Origin: Iphione sp. A-MEVVRFRX5
Taxonomy: Eukaryota
DNA: 64,000 nt
Direction of reading: 5' to 3'
NCBI GenBank assembly: GCA_976226885.1
Contig: OZ320316.1
Coordinates: forward strand, 89,094,001 to 89,158,000
Part shown: piece by piece, positions 39,301-52,486 of the stretch
Position numbering within the stretch: the stretch's first letter is position 1
Layout of the letters: every line of letters starts with the position of its first letter
The notes under the pieces: model-generated
Databases searched by the model: none
Told to the model about the DNA's origin: nothing
Seen by the model: the letters and a program-made list of their open reading frames with translations, nothing else
Program-made: the position numbers and the translations under genes

Positions 39301-42300
39301 ACGTAAATATTAAGTGAGGTAAATGCGTGCCTGTCGGACTCAGCGTAATACCAATCGCTTACTATTTGACAATGATAAATATCTTTAATTAGCCGGCCAG
39401 ATTTGAATGCATTAAATGGTACAGAGTGCGCGAGGAAAGATGTCAACTCAAAGTGTGCCCTTGCATAGGATCAATGAGAAATGGCGCAGCCGTTCAAAAA
39501 TAAGTCAGGTAGAAATTTGTTCTTGAAAGATAAGCTGATGACGTATGATTGATTGGTATACGTCAAACAAATGTGTATAACCATTTTATGGATTCGTAAA
39601 TAGGTAAACTACGGTCAATTTTGGTGCCAGTCAGAAGTTTCGCCTTCACCATTAAGAGGATGAATGTATTAAATTTGAGTGATACTGATATTTAGGACAT
39701 GTGCGCATGCAAATAATCATTGGCAGCCTCTATGTGTCCGCGGCACTAGGGGAGGCGAATAAGGATCGTTGAGTAATTGTTACCGAGTCGGAGCAGAGAG
39801 CGTCGCTTGCATGCGAGCCGAAGCAAAACCGCGTCATTTTCCCGCTGCCGATCACTCTGTAATCAAGACAAAAGCATTAAACACTCTCTTTGATCCTAGC
39901 TGGGATTAAAATGCCAGATGAGCGGCTCGCGCCAGAGCACACTTTCCCAGCGTTGTAGATCACTTGGGGGCAAGGCATGAAAAAAATGGCCGTGATGAGG
40001 TGGAGGGACTTAACATGCCATAGGAGGAAGGTATGTTGGGCCGTGCACCTGCACTATTGGTCGTACGCCATTTTGGAGCGTCAATGATTGCATTGGTCTT
40101 TTTTTCCAGATCGATGCATGCTGCATCATTGACACCGGTGAGTACCGTGCGTGTGCCGGCACTCTAGCGATTGTGGGCAGTTTTGTGAAAAGGACCGGGG
40201 CTGGATGGGGATAAAGGGGGTGGGGTGGGGTTGTGTCTCCTGTGGGTTTCAGTATTCTGGTGGCATCGATCCACAAGTGTTTAGAGTCCCCCGGCTACAG
40301 ACACAGGCGATCCGTTGGTCGCGGTGCAGGCGGTCCCCGAACCTGACATCCGGTCGAAGTTGTCAACACTTACGGCCGAGCAAGTTCCATCTGGCCAATT
40401 CGTCAGTGATATCGGGATCGCCGCTCAGGAGTGACAGCGGAGCCCAACCGGCGTGGCACTTTTACCACCGGTTTTCTTTCGCTCACTTTACAGTTCGTAA
40501 CGGCAACGCGTGGTGGGTCCGTGTCGGGCGTCTCCTAATCGGGTTGCGGGACGGGGAATGGGCGGCGTAATTGGATTCTCGACCAATTGTCCCTGGATCA
40601 GGGTGGACACTGATTCGATCAGAGGCAAAAAACACGACTGACAGTGACCTGAAACGTCAGGACTAGCTGGTCCATGTAGGCTGTCAACCGGTCACTGGTA
40701 AGCCACGCGCCTTCGCCGAGCGCCAGGTCCTGCATGGCCTGGGGCATTGCGCGCCCCCTGGACCTCACCTCTACGGGAACTACACCCCGGTGTTCGCCGG
40801 CGGCAGCAGCAGGGCGCCGGCGTCTGGCTGCCTGCGGCAGGGACCGCTCTCAGGTAAGGGGGATCATGGCTCGTTTATTTTCGTCATTGAGCGTATCTTC
40901 GATCGTTGTCATCGGCCCACTATCCAAGGTCGTCTTCCCTGCCAAAAGCAGCGCAAGCGCAATGAGCAGGACATGTAAAAATGAACCCTACAGCTCTTGT
41001 CTGGAATTTTCTCAGCGTTCTTTATATTTGTCTACATAAGCATTAGTATGTATCTTTTTTATCTGCTTGTTCCGTTCAGTATCTCTGCACGGCCGGCTCT
41101 GTGTCTTTCTCTTTGTTTTTTTTTTCTTTTTCTGTGGGACAATTAAGTATGCTTGATATGAGACTGCAACAGAATAAAAGGCATTTTGTCCTTGTGTAGT
41201 CCATTGATGCAGTGTGTAGTGATAATTCCAAAAAGTCCCTTCGACAAAATACTAAATAACATTGTGTGTCATCAGTCGGGGGTTACATTGTCATTTTATT
41301 TCAGCAAAGGAAGTTGTGCCACTGTCAAACTATAGACAACAGGCATTCAACTGAGCATCAGCTGGAACCCTGGAATGTATTGCTGTATTCAAGATACCAT
41401 TTCTCAGGTGCCTACCCTTGACAGTGGAACCTAAAATTTTCTCAAACTTATCTCAATACCGTTGCAATTCAGCAAAATTCAGTACTGTATCAGCATGACC
41501 ATGGAAAAGCCAGACGACCAGACCGAACAATCTAATCACTTGAGCAGAGCAGATTTAACATACATATACAAATGTTTATTTTACAGACGACGGCCCACGC
41601 TGTGAAAATATTTCGTGTACACCATCGCGTGCTTATGAACACAACGATCAGAAAAAAACATACCATATCAATACTTCTCTCCACCAAGAGTGGGGCAATA
41701 TTTATTATCTGCCAGCTTTGCCATGGCTAATATTACCCACAAGCGCTGCTGCCTAACGAGTGTTTAGCCATGCCAGAGCTGTATATCAACCTTCCAGTGG
41801 GGAAGGTCTTTCTTACAACTCTCAGAGAACGGTAGGACGACACGCTTATAATTACCACACACGTGTGCTCGGCTGGAAATTAATTGCCAGGCGTATGCAG
41901 TTGAACCAGGCAGTGCGACCCAACGTCTCGGACGACGAGTTGAGAAAGAAGTGGGTTAACGAGCTGCAGCAGGGAGAGTTGAATTGGTCCATGGCCTACG
42001 TCAGTCATGTCCGTAGCAGGTCCAGCAGTGTCAGACATTATGAGAAAATCATGAGCATTTGGCATGTTGGAATCGAACTTGTAAATCTCTGACGGAAGAA
42101 CTGCACCAAGAGGGAGGCATAAAACCGGTCGCTGCAGTCCCCTTAGACATGCCAAACTTCCATACATTGGGGCGAAGTGCAGAAACCCCGCCCCTGAACG
42201 GGTTGACGCGATTGATCATGTGATACAAGCACTGAGTAAAACGAAAGCACGGACTCAGTTAAGACACGGTGTATGGTTCCATGAACCCACGAGGTATTGC

Positions 42301-45300
42301 CTCGAAAAAAAAGATCATCTCCTGAAAAAAATTTCCAATATATTGAGCATGCCCAGCGACGTTTCCCTGAGTCCAAAGACCTGTCTTGCAGAGTCTTGGT
42401 GCATGTGTTTGGTTATATAGGTCGGCCAGCAAGTGATTTATATCGAGAGGTCGAATAGCACGGACCGCAGAATCGTTCCCTTCCTATTTCCATAAGGTTC
42501 TTGGCAGTAAATCAGAAGGGTCCTGACATATTTCATGGTGGCTAATTCCGTGTGCTTGATTTCACTACCTTGTTTTGGAAACATTCACTCTGTGGCTCAT
42601 AATGATACAGCAAGTATCATCGATAGGATTTTGCAAGCTTGATTAGCAACTAATGGACTACGCAACCCGAGTAGGGCCAAACGACGTACAATACATCTAC
42701 CCTCCTTATTTGCTGTTTGTTTCATGCTACGAGAAGAATGCTCGATTTTATATTTGAGGAGGAAGTAAGCATGGAGTAATACAGTCACTCGTCTTGCCTC
42801 GAATTATGCGTGAAATTAACATTTAAATGACCCTATATTGATATTGAATTAGTCCGTTGATATGATGCCACTGACTTCTAATTAAGACATACCATCTATG
42901 AATACTAATTATCCACAATCCACATGCATATATTAATATGGTATGCTGCAACATTCATGTTTCAAACTGCCCGTAATGTACATCGATAAATGTACACCGG
43001 AATTAATAACGGAGAAAAGTGACAACGACCACTAAAAATCACACTGTGTAAATCCAGACACGCTGCGATGGAAGCGACTGGAGGATCCATGTTCCAATAT
43101 TCCTCCACTGGCAAACATGTCTCCTGGCTATAAATTTGTCTACATTTCGTGACACTGTCCCACTCGGTGGAGTGACTGCTTGTTTCTGACCGCCCATCCC
43201 ACGGCTTTTTCGGCACAGTCATTCGTCATGATGTTCGCGCTGTCTCCTTGATGAAAGAGCGACCATAAGCGGTCATATATCCGCCGTCCAGTACCCCTCC
43301 AGTGTAGGAAATACATATTTGTCCAGAGTCATTACAGTCTGTAAGCCGTATATATTACTAAGCACTCACGTGAACAGGTCCATCCGTCTGCGAAGTTTGT
43401 CGACACCGTGGGATATTACGTTTTACCACTCCCCTAATACACAAACGCTGTCCTACCCTTACTGAAAGATCCTTTTCCAGATAGACATTTGGGCGTACAC
43501 GTATTCGTTTCCTTCTCGAAGAAGTCGTTATCCTAGCGATAGACGGGGAAATGTAAATGTCCTCATTGGGATGATTATCGATGTGAGCCCTACTTCCGCC
43601 TGAATACTGGAACTTAATTTAAATTTGAAGCATAACAATCGGCACAAATGTTTCTTTCTTTTACCCATTATTTGGTGGGGATGCAGATAGCTGGTATCCT
43701 TAGTAGCACTTTCCCTGTCTCTTTCTTCCTTTGCATCCGTCGACCTGCCAAGACAGTATCATCATGAGGATAATGACTTCTTAACATAGCTACTCAAGTG
43801 CTAGTGTGCTAGATGACATATTAAAGCACTAACAGGGTCCACAGGCGGGGAGGCCGCCAATCGGCGAGGTCCTTCATCAGGAGCTCAATGGAGGCCCAAC
43901 AAACCGCTTCGTAGCCCGAAGGAAATCAAACTGATAGGTGGAGCGCCACTCGGCACATACACCCTTTATCTCTCTTCCAGCACCGACGTGCAATTTGCTA
44001 ACTAATCCATGGAAAGTTTCCAATGCCAACGCTATCTTGTCGGGTATTCGTTGTTTCTCTACAATGCATGATAAGTATGCAGAAAGTACATGCTTACGGA
44101 AAGTACGACGACAAAAATAATTTGATCCTTTCAATGTATTTATCAAATTATTTCTACACTGTGTGAAATGTAAATTCATTTCGGAATATAAATACTGCTA
44201 CAACCAAAACATTTTTAGTCATTTATCAATCGTTGTTACTTATGCTATTCATTTAAGTGTCATCCTACTAATAGATGCCCAGATAATTCCATTATGACCT
44301 TCGTCTGATTTATAGTATGTCAATAACCTTCGCTTAAGGTTATTGAAAACCTATCTGGATATTTGCATGTTTAAATGAAATACAGTGCATTGACGTTAAT
44401 ATTGGAAAGAGATGGATGGAAGCCGCACGGCTTCTTTCAGCAATATCAACGCCAACCTACCCAGACTGAGCCACACTTCGTTGTATGCTAAACGTCCGTT
44501 ACCAAAACTGAATTCCGCCTAAGTATGGCGTGCTGGATAAAGACGGTTTACAGCTGCAAAGGCTCTCAATTATTCTCAGGCTGAAGCGAAAGTCATATTA
44601 GATGCCATAAAATGTGCTATAAGGCGGGCATCTTTCCAACCAGCCATTCGCGCAATAGACTCGACTCCTGTTATCTTCCTAGGTTACAAAGCTCTCAAAA
44701 ACATAATGCACAATTTCACCTGCATTTCTTCTTTGTGAAATTACTGCAAGGGTGACGCTCATGCAATTTCACAAGCCATTAAATTGATAAAGACGATAGT
44801 GTAATCTATTTAATGGGGGGAAGAGCTCAGCATTAATTTGCGCTAGATGTCTTATCGCAAAATGGTAATTGGAACAACGTGTAAACGCTCGTGGATGTAT
44901 AAGGAGGTTATTTTAACAAGAGAAATCATGATTGTTAGGCCGATGTGTGATCATACATGTGCATGTTTAAGTCGTATTTCATGTATGTATTTGTTGGATA
45001 ATCTGTACGGATTGCCAATGCATTTTCTAAAGTCAAATTCACTTATATTATCTGGGAGTTGAGTGGATTCTGTGAGACGATGTAGGCGTAATAAATGGAA
45101 CTCCAAGTTGGATGAATTGGAGGAAAATAATATAAACATTCAAATGTGTCGCGAGGAGTTAAATGCATCTGCCCCATTCCTTAGGCCAAGACAACAATCA
45201 AATGATGCTAATTTATCATTCGCGGGGCACATTCTCAGCATTATTCTCATTTTTATTTTATTAACATTCGATGCGTCGGTGCTTTTTCTTTCATCCATTC

Positions 45301-48184
45301 AATATTCGAAATTGCAGGGGTTTAATTGGTGACTTGCCCATCCGGCAAGAAACCAAACTAATGGTTGTGGCTCCGTTAGCTCTTCGATGTGTTTTCAAGC
45401 TGATAAACACCTTTGTCAAAGAAAGCTTCAAGGCATTCAACAAACTCCGTTCATTGCATAGCCCGGCGGATAAATACTGGGCCAACGCAGACATTTGCAA
45501 CATTTTATTCAATTAAGCAAATTAATGCCCTGCTGATTTTCAGTACTGTGCAATGATCTGTAATTCATAACATCGTCAAGCAATGTGAGGATATAATTAA
45601 ATATAAGCTCATTGTCTTGATTAACCATAGGCCAGCACAAATATTGTACACAACCTGAAGTTTGACAAATCACTTAAAATATTGGAAAGCAGGGGTATGA
45701 AGTACTAATACGTGTGTCGCCATGAGTCGTTTTTCCTGCCAAATGCACCGAGTGAAATAGTTTCCTTCAACCACGTCTGGATGGTATGGCAGATTTATAG
45801 GCTGATTTGCGTGCTGCTGATCAATTACCCCATTATTAAGTTGTGATGTCCAGTATCGTGTAGGTTCGAGTCTTGGAATGTGGCTCGGTCCAGGCTGTAG
45901 AAATGTTAGATAAATCCAAGGGTCAACCTCGTCTGGTGCATGAAAGTGCCTCGGCAGTTTCAAGCTAAAGTAGGTTACCTCATTAAGGGAAACTAATAGC
46001 CCCATAATGCTGCAGCTGGTGCTGATAGCCGCTTCAGTAGGGTCGCCCAGGCTTTCAGATCTCCGCGGGCTAGGACAGTACTGAGCGCGGTCCAGGGATG
46101 GTGGTCGTTGGTGTATATGCATGGGGTGGTCCGTGTGGGTGCCGTTCGCCAGAACGGCCAGCGTTCAGTCAGCGTCGGCCAGAGAACGACGTCGTTCCCC
46201 ATTGAGGCCGACGAGTGCAGCTCGAGCAGACATAACGTTGTCTCGACAATAACAAACGTCCGGTCCGCGCCGCGAGGTCGGCGCGAGGTGACCGGCCCGA
46301 CCCAGGGATTCTCTCAGGGAGCTGACTAACACTGACCTATTGGCGGGGATCATCCCTGATAGAGGCGCAAAGCCATATCACAAGACTCCACACTATCTGG
46401 TCATGCTCGGATTTGCCATTCAGCGTGATTGGCTGCGTATTTCAGTTAAGCTGCCTCTAAGATCCTGTCAGACTGCGAGAACAAAACAATAATAGACACC
46501 TCCAACATAAACCTGCTAAAAAGATAGTGGCCCTAAAGACAAGTCGTACTACTCTATGTCTCTTACTTAATTCATCATAGCTCTATTCCCCTTTTCAGAA
46601 GAAGTAACAATCAGACCGACCGGGCACTACGAAATGTTCTTACTTAATTGAAAATCCATCTTTATTCTTGGATTGCCAAAAAGGAGGGCATACAAATTCA
46701 TTAATTACGAAGCATATTATACATATATATGGTCCGCCTATCGATCAGTCTGGAGTAAGATTGTGAATGTGATCTCACCGTAGAGGCCTTTGTAACGAAT
46801 GGCGCTGCTCAAATATCAGCCGCTCCTGCGAGGTAACTCCGCCATGTGCAGCACTTCCATCGCCTGTCGGAAGTAGCGCATGTGTGAGGACCAACTGTCA
46901 ACTACACTTGGGCAATTCTAGACACCATGAAGTGGGCTTTGGGGAGGCTGGGCGAGACAGTCGACGGGTGATTCCATTGGAAGTGCTAATCATTCAAATT
47001 AGATTATTTCCTATTTACTCGCGATATGGTGAATGGTTGAGGAGATTGATGGTTGTGGGCCCAGGCCTCACATTCCGTCAGATTCATCTCGAGTATCGGG
47101 GGTATTTCGGTCAGAAATTGGAAATGTAATTACAAATTAATTTGGCCCTTGGGTGAAGATTGCCTATGAAGGAATTTCATGTATGGGAATTACCTCTGCG
47201 GTGATGTGAGCCCCTGCTCCTGCCCACCGATTGACGCAATTCATAAAGGGCTGTCTTCCACCAGCTTTCTGGAGGATTTTCACAATTATTCAACGATCAG
47301 TTCAGAGTAATATCTTTGAAATCTCCTATACCGAACACGTGAATCTATATGATGCTCGAAAAATCCGGTCCACTGTATAACATTAGCTCGGGGCACAAGG
47401 ATAGGTTCGACGCTGGAGGGTAGACCTTTGCTGTTGTACAAAAGGATAGTTTGATTTTGCGAGAAAAAGGTGTGAACTGTCATCACTATATTCATTTCCT
47501 AACAATCCCGCAGATTCTTATATAATGTACCCCCGTCGACCATATTTGCTTTTTGTGACTATGTTTGTCTCATATCGCATGACGTTTCTTGTGATAACCC
47601 CTATTGTTGATATCCACTTATAACTACTATACTTTGTGTTGCAAAGAAAAAAGTTTTCAAGCTTTTTGAATACTTAGGGGTTGCCCCCACGGGCTTCTAT
47701 TACGCAATGCATCCCTCCTGTAATGGCAGTACATTGCTCAGCAACGATATTTTCAATTGTTATGTCCCTACTTGGCTTAACTGTTACCATCATCCATCAA
47801 AGCGTGGGCAGGAATTCTCTCCACACGTATACGTTGTGTGAGACTATCTGTGATAAGTGTGAGTGTGCGTAAGCGTGTTTGTTTGTTGCCCGCGATGCAG
47901 CCCCGCCTGCAACGTACCATTGGAGTATCCAGTCTCACCCGAAGAGTGGCTGTTGTGAAACGTCCAGTCCTAGCTGCTGGCAAGCGTTGATGTTGACTTT
48001 ACCGCAGGTGTAGTCTGTTTACAACACCAATATCACAGTGACCCGTGTCCAGCCATAGGCTGTATGTTACCAGTTGGTCAACTTTTCATGCTTCGGTGAG
48101 TCTGATAGTTGGCAACGTCCGCGCCAACGATCAGCAGGCAACTTGAGAAGGGAACTTCTATATGAAGAAATATTGCATTTTTTA

Positions 48185-51100
48185 AAAACTTTTATTTCAT
48201 TTGTAGATGACATACTTATAGTATTTACATCCAACAATCCTTTTTCACATTAGCATGATAACAAGTGACAATGATAATGATGATATAGGGAAAGACAATA
48301 TGATGTATTTTAGTAACAACACATTTTCTTTAGGATAACCGTAGTATCATGTACACATGAGTGCATACTTCATGGGACTGCCATCACAGAATATTTTCTA
48401 CATTCATAACACATTTGTACAGAGTCATGAAGTACGTCACAGTCAACTAAGGCACTTTTAAAGATAGGATATGCTTTCTGGTTAACTTATTAATACTAGA
48501 CCAGAACTCCTTGTGATTTTTTGTTCTTAGATCGTTTGGGAGTTGCTCCCATAGCTTATAACATGTGTACTCAATCAATTTTTTATAGGCTTCAAACTTA
48601 GGCCTATTTACCACTAAGACTCTCCTGTTTGTAGTTCTTGTATTTTACCCTGGTTGTTTTTTCACGGTTGATTATGATATGAGAGCATGTACAATCTTTT
48701 GTCTCTTTTGGCTAAGAAGCCATTTAACACCTCCTCCCCGGATACATACTTGTTGCCATAGGCACAGTTTATGATAGTTTTTCTACAAGTGATCATCTTC
48801 CTAAATGACGCTGCATGCTCATTGGTGTGTACAGATATACCGTAGTCACCTACCGGTAGAACCATAGTTTTTGCAACCCGCAGTGCATGATTGGTGTTAA
48901 TAAAGCGTCTTACAATTTGGAAATGAGACAGCCTTTGGTATAGACTTCTAGTTATTAACCTTTGTTGCTTTTCCATTTTCAATCTACTATGGAGGACAAC
49001 CCGTAGATAGGTTTCTTCATTTACAACACTTATATTCGTACCTCCTAATGTGACAACTCGCAGGACGTTGTCTGTTTCTCTACCATAATGGAAGTGGATA
49101 ATATATGTTTTGTTTGTGTTGAGTAATAATATCCATGCTTTTTTTTTTGCCATGCTTTTTGTCCATGCAATCAAACTGGCCAGATCTTCCTTTAGTTTAC
49201 ACATGGCATCTGTGACATCATCACCAGATGTAATCATGGCAATGTCATCTGCATGCATATATATCCTGGAATGTTTTACAGAACTAGGGATTGAATTAAT
49301 AAAAAGTGTAAAGAAGAGGGGGCCCAAGTGGATCCTTGTGGGACCCCACACGTTATGGGCCCCCTCCTCGACAAGGTATCATTACTTTTTACTTGCTGTG
49401 TTCGACCTGCTAAGTAATGCTTAATCCACTCTAAATTACATTGCGAAAGATTGATTTTACTAAGCACAAACATAAGGATACTGTGGTTGACTGAATCGAA
49501 TGCCTTCTGCAGGTCTATGAAAGCTCCTAAAACAGTCTTTTTATTGTTTAAGCCTTTGTGCACTGTATTCATCAAATCTATGATAGCCATCTCAGTCGAG
49601 TGTCACTTCCGAAAGCCATATTGATTACGGCATAGAATTTTGTTACTTTCTACATAATTGTATAATTTTGTGTGAACAACTCGCTCTTGTATTTTTCCTA
49701 CAAAATTTAATAAACTGAATGGGTGGTAATCGCCTGGTTCCATTGCAATTTTCCTTTTTGGGATTGGTACAATAATACTTGTCTTCCAATCCGGTGGTAT
49801 TTCTCCAGACATAAAACCCTTGTTATACAGACATGTCAGTATTCCAGGATTATTCAAGAATATTTTCTTAATCACTCCCTGCTGGATATCACTTATGCAT
49901 GAGGTCTTAGAATCCAAGAATGTCTTAATTGCATGTATAACCTCCTCATCTGTTGTTACAAAATCATCTAATAGTGTTTTCAGAGTTGGCAATTTAATTT
50001 CATTTAAAGTCAGAGTGTTAGTTGGGTTTATTTTTTCCATGATTTTATTACCAATATTACTATAGAATGAGTTCAGGTGAGAACACACATTTTCTCATGC
50101 AGTAGGCATGTTATTCTGGACCAGCTTAATTTCATTATCTCCGAATATACCATACCCTAGACTTGTTTTAATAAATGCCCAGTACTTTCTCCTATCTCCG
50201 TACAGCTCATCTGCCTTTTCCACGATGTATCTCCTCTTGTCCTGTCTTACAGCATACATAACAGATTTCCACTTCATTCTAAAAATCAACCAGTCTTCTA
50301 TCTGCTTAGTTTTAAGTGCTCTACGATGTAAAATGTTTCGTTCCTTTATTTTTTGCCTAGATTCCTCTGTCATCCACACATTCTTTGGTTGTTTTATCTT
50401 CATTAATCTTTTCGGATTAACATCATCAAAGTAGTTTACAATCAGTGACTGAATTTTTGACCAACCTAGTGATACCATACAACCAAAGATATTCACTTCA
50501 GTCAGCAACTTTGATACATTGTTGACAAAAATTTCCTCATTAAACTTCCTTCTACTTCTCACCAGCCATTCCTTAGTATGCACTTGTGGAAATTTTGAAA
50601 GTTCACACATAACCATATGATGATCACTCAATGACATTTGTTCAACAGTTGTTATTAAAGATTGTGTAGTGATATTAGTGATTACTAAATCAATAAGTGT
50701 GTGTCATCATTGAGTCTCACGAGTAGGCACATGTATCTTCTACTGACAATTATGCTCATCCAGAAAGGTAAACAAACGTCATGGGGCAATTTTTGACTTG
50801 ACTTATATATTTATATTGAGATCACCAATAATGATTATGTCTCTTTGTACTCAGAATTAGAATTGTTAGTTATCATCTCCCGTAGCTCGGATAGACAGTT
50901 TTCGACATTCCCTGGTGGGGGACGATATACACCACATATAATCAGTTTCTTTCCATTTTTAAGCGACAATTATGCTCATCCAGAAAGGTAAACAAACGTC
51001 ATGGGGCAATTTTTGACTTGACTTATATATTTATATTGAGATCACCAATAATGATTATGTCTCTTTGTACTCAGAATTAGAATTGTTAGTTATCATCTCC

Positions 51101-51456
51101 CGTAGCTCGGATAGACAGTTTTCGACATTCCCTGGTGGGGGACGATATACACCACATATAATCAGTTTCTTTCCATTTTTAAGCGACAATGTTAGCCATA
51201 CACATTCCAGGTCAATAGAAGGAAATGACATCGCATCTAAGAGGTCAATTTCAGTACTTAAAATATCTCTGTAGAATATTAATATTCCACCACCCGTTTT
51301 AGTGCTTCTGTCCTGTCGTATAAATTTATAACCATCAATTACATAGAGACTGTCAGGTATGTTTTCATTTAACCATGTTTTAGATAAAATAAAAATATCT
51401 AAGTTTTTTTCTAATATTATTTCCTTTACTAAGTCATGTTTATAGCGAAGACTCCG
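48185..51456 (-). mobile_element. Decayed CR1/L2 LINE ORF2 (APE + RT + 3' UTR), interrupted at its 5' end by the Ngaro element
   Basis: Minus strand: IRSLRYK...LDIFILSKTWL...DGYKFIRQDR...GGGILI, YRPP, GDLN, LIDLVIT...SDHH, YHPFSLL, QYGFR, FIDLQKAFDSVNH, GVPQGS (about 49333-49347), HADD, LWEQLP; AATAAA near 48190-48195. Split over the ORFs 50095-50637, 49603-50088, 49276-49590 and 48662-49351. Confidence 0.95.
50745..51190. repeat. Perfect 220-bp tandem duplication inside the LINE APE domain
   Basis: 50745-50964 equals 50965-51184 by eye; GACAAT at 50745, 50965 and 51185 bounds the units. Confidence 0.97.
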
Positions 51457-51611
51457 TATATATATGAATGATAAATAGGATATTTATTATAGTATATGTA
51501 TGTAACCATCCACTTGTTGCTGTGCTAAGAGAGTTGCTATGTAACCATAGAGCCGATGTCGTCATGTTCCATTGTCAACGGATTCACTCAGCCAGTCGCT
51601 TTTAAATTTTT
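51457..51611 (+). repeat. Split direct repeat A1 (5' end of the element)
   Basis: TATATATATGAATGATAAATAGG...GCTTTTAAATTTTT, identical by eye to 55460-55614. Confidence 0.97.
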
Positions 51612-51640
51612 CGGTCGTGATTCCTACAGCAGGAGATATC

Positions 51641-52486
51641 ATGGGGAAATTTTGCAAAAAGTGTGGTGTGAACCACCCCCCACCAGTTGGGAAAGCCTGC
51701 AAAGAGGTGTCAGAAGGCGACGGGAAGCTAAATGAAGCTACTGGTTTGGAGAATATGTCAGAATTTACCAGTCGTTTGGATCGCTTAGAGGGGCTGATCG
51801 AGACTTTGGTTACAGCAAAGGGCGGTGACCAAGAGAAGAAACCATCAAGTCTTCAAGCCCAGACTGACGATTCCAGTGAGGAAGAATCAGATTCTCCAGA
51901 CTCGGAGATTGATGATGAAGAGGCAGAAAAGAAGAGGTCGAGGAGGAGGAAAAAGAGTCTCGGTAAGAAAGTGAGAAGATTTGACATTACACGTTATGTT
52001 GATGTGGATGAGATTGACTCTTTCGAGCAGCTGATCGTTGGATCACTGGGGCTGTTAAAGAGACTTTTGTCAAAAGGCAATAATGTTGAGGCTTACGCGA
52101 ATCATCTAGCCTTTGTGGCGTCGAAGGCAGCCACGAAAGTATATAACCCGAAATCTTTGGTGAAATACGATCGTGAAGCAAGACGTAAGGCAGCGAAGGA
52201 GAGTGCAAGTTCATTCGTCTTCGGGGATACAGAACTCGTGCACAAGCATCTAGGGGTAGATGCTACCAATGGCGTTTTGAAGTCGAAGCAGATGAAGAAA
52301 GTCAAGAAGACGGACAGGATCTGCTATAAATATAATGCTGGTGACTGCAACGTGGACGGCTGTACCTACAAGCACTCTTGCCTTAGCTGTGGGACTGGCG
52401 GACACAGGGCAAGTGAGTGCTTCGGCTCTAAAACTACAGAGGGCGACAAGAGCAGCAGGACGAAAAGTGCGTCTAAACAGCAATGA
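51641..52486 (+). CDS. gag: Gag-like ORF1 of the Ngaro element (281 aa from ATG 51641)
   Basis: N-terminal CKKCGVNHPPPVGKAC (C-x2-C-x3-H-x7-C), coiled coil (SRLDRLEGLIETLV), acidic then basic stretch (EKKRSRRRKK), and C-terminal CYKYNAGDCNVDGCTYKHSCLSCGTGGHRASEC Cys/His knuckle typical of DIRS/Ngaro gag. Confidence 0.9.
   Translation: MGKFCKKCGVNHPPPVGKACKEVSEGDGKLNEATGLENMSEFTSRLDRLEGLIETLVTAKGGDQEKKPSSLQAQTDDSSEEESDSPDSEIDDEEAEKKRSRRRKKSLGKKVRRFDITRYVDVDEIDSFEQLIVGSLGLLKRLLSKGNNVEAYANHLAFVASKAATKVYNPKSLVKYDREARRKAAKESASSFVFGDTELVHKHLGVDATNGVLKSKQMKKVKKTDRICYKYNAGDCNVDGCTYKHSCLSCGTGGHRASECFGSKTTEGDKSSRTKSASKQQ

Noticed and set aside
39533-39566. CTGATGA followed by a stem (CGTAT...ATACG), hammerhead-like
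   Set aside because: The stem is followed by TCAAA rather than GAAA and there is no cleavage-site stem; it is just a small hairpin. Other CTGANGA hits also lack the core.
40650-40750. Minus-strand peptide GEGAWLTSDRLTAYMDQL resembling the Ulp1/SENP protease W-L-x-D motif
   Set aside because: The 42-aa frame ends at once, with no downstream H/D/C catalytic motifs and only a weak donor; chance similarity cannot be excluded.
45860-45880. GGTTCGAGTC B-box-like sequence
   Set aside because: No appropriately spaced A-box or cloverleaf; not a tRNA or a clear SINE head.
46320-46370. CTAACACTG twister-like and nearby HDV-like motifs (also GCTAAT at about 22533 and GGGGAATGGG at about 40553)
   Set aside because: The required pairings (P2 partner and pseudoknots) could not be built by eye.
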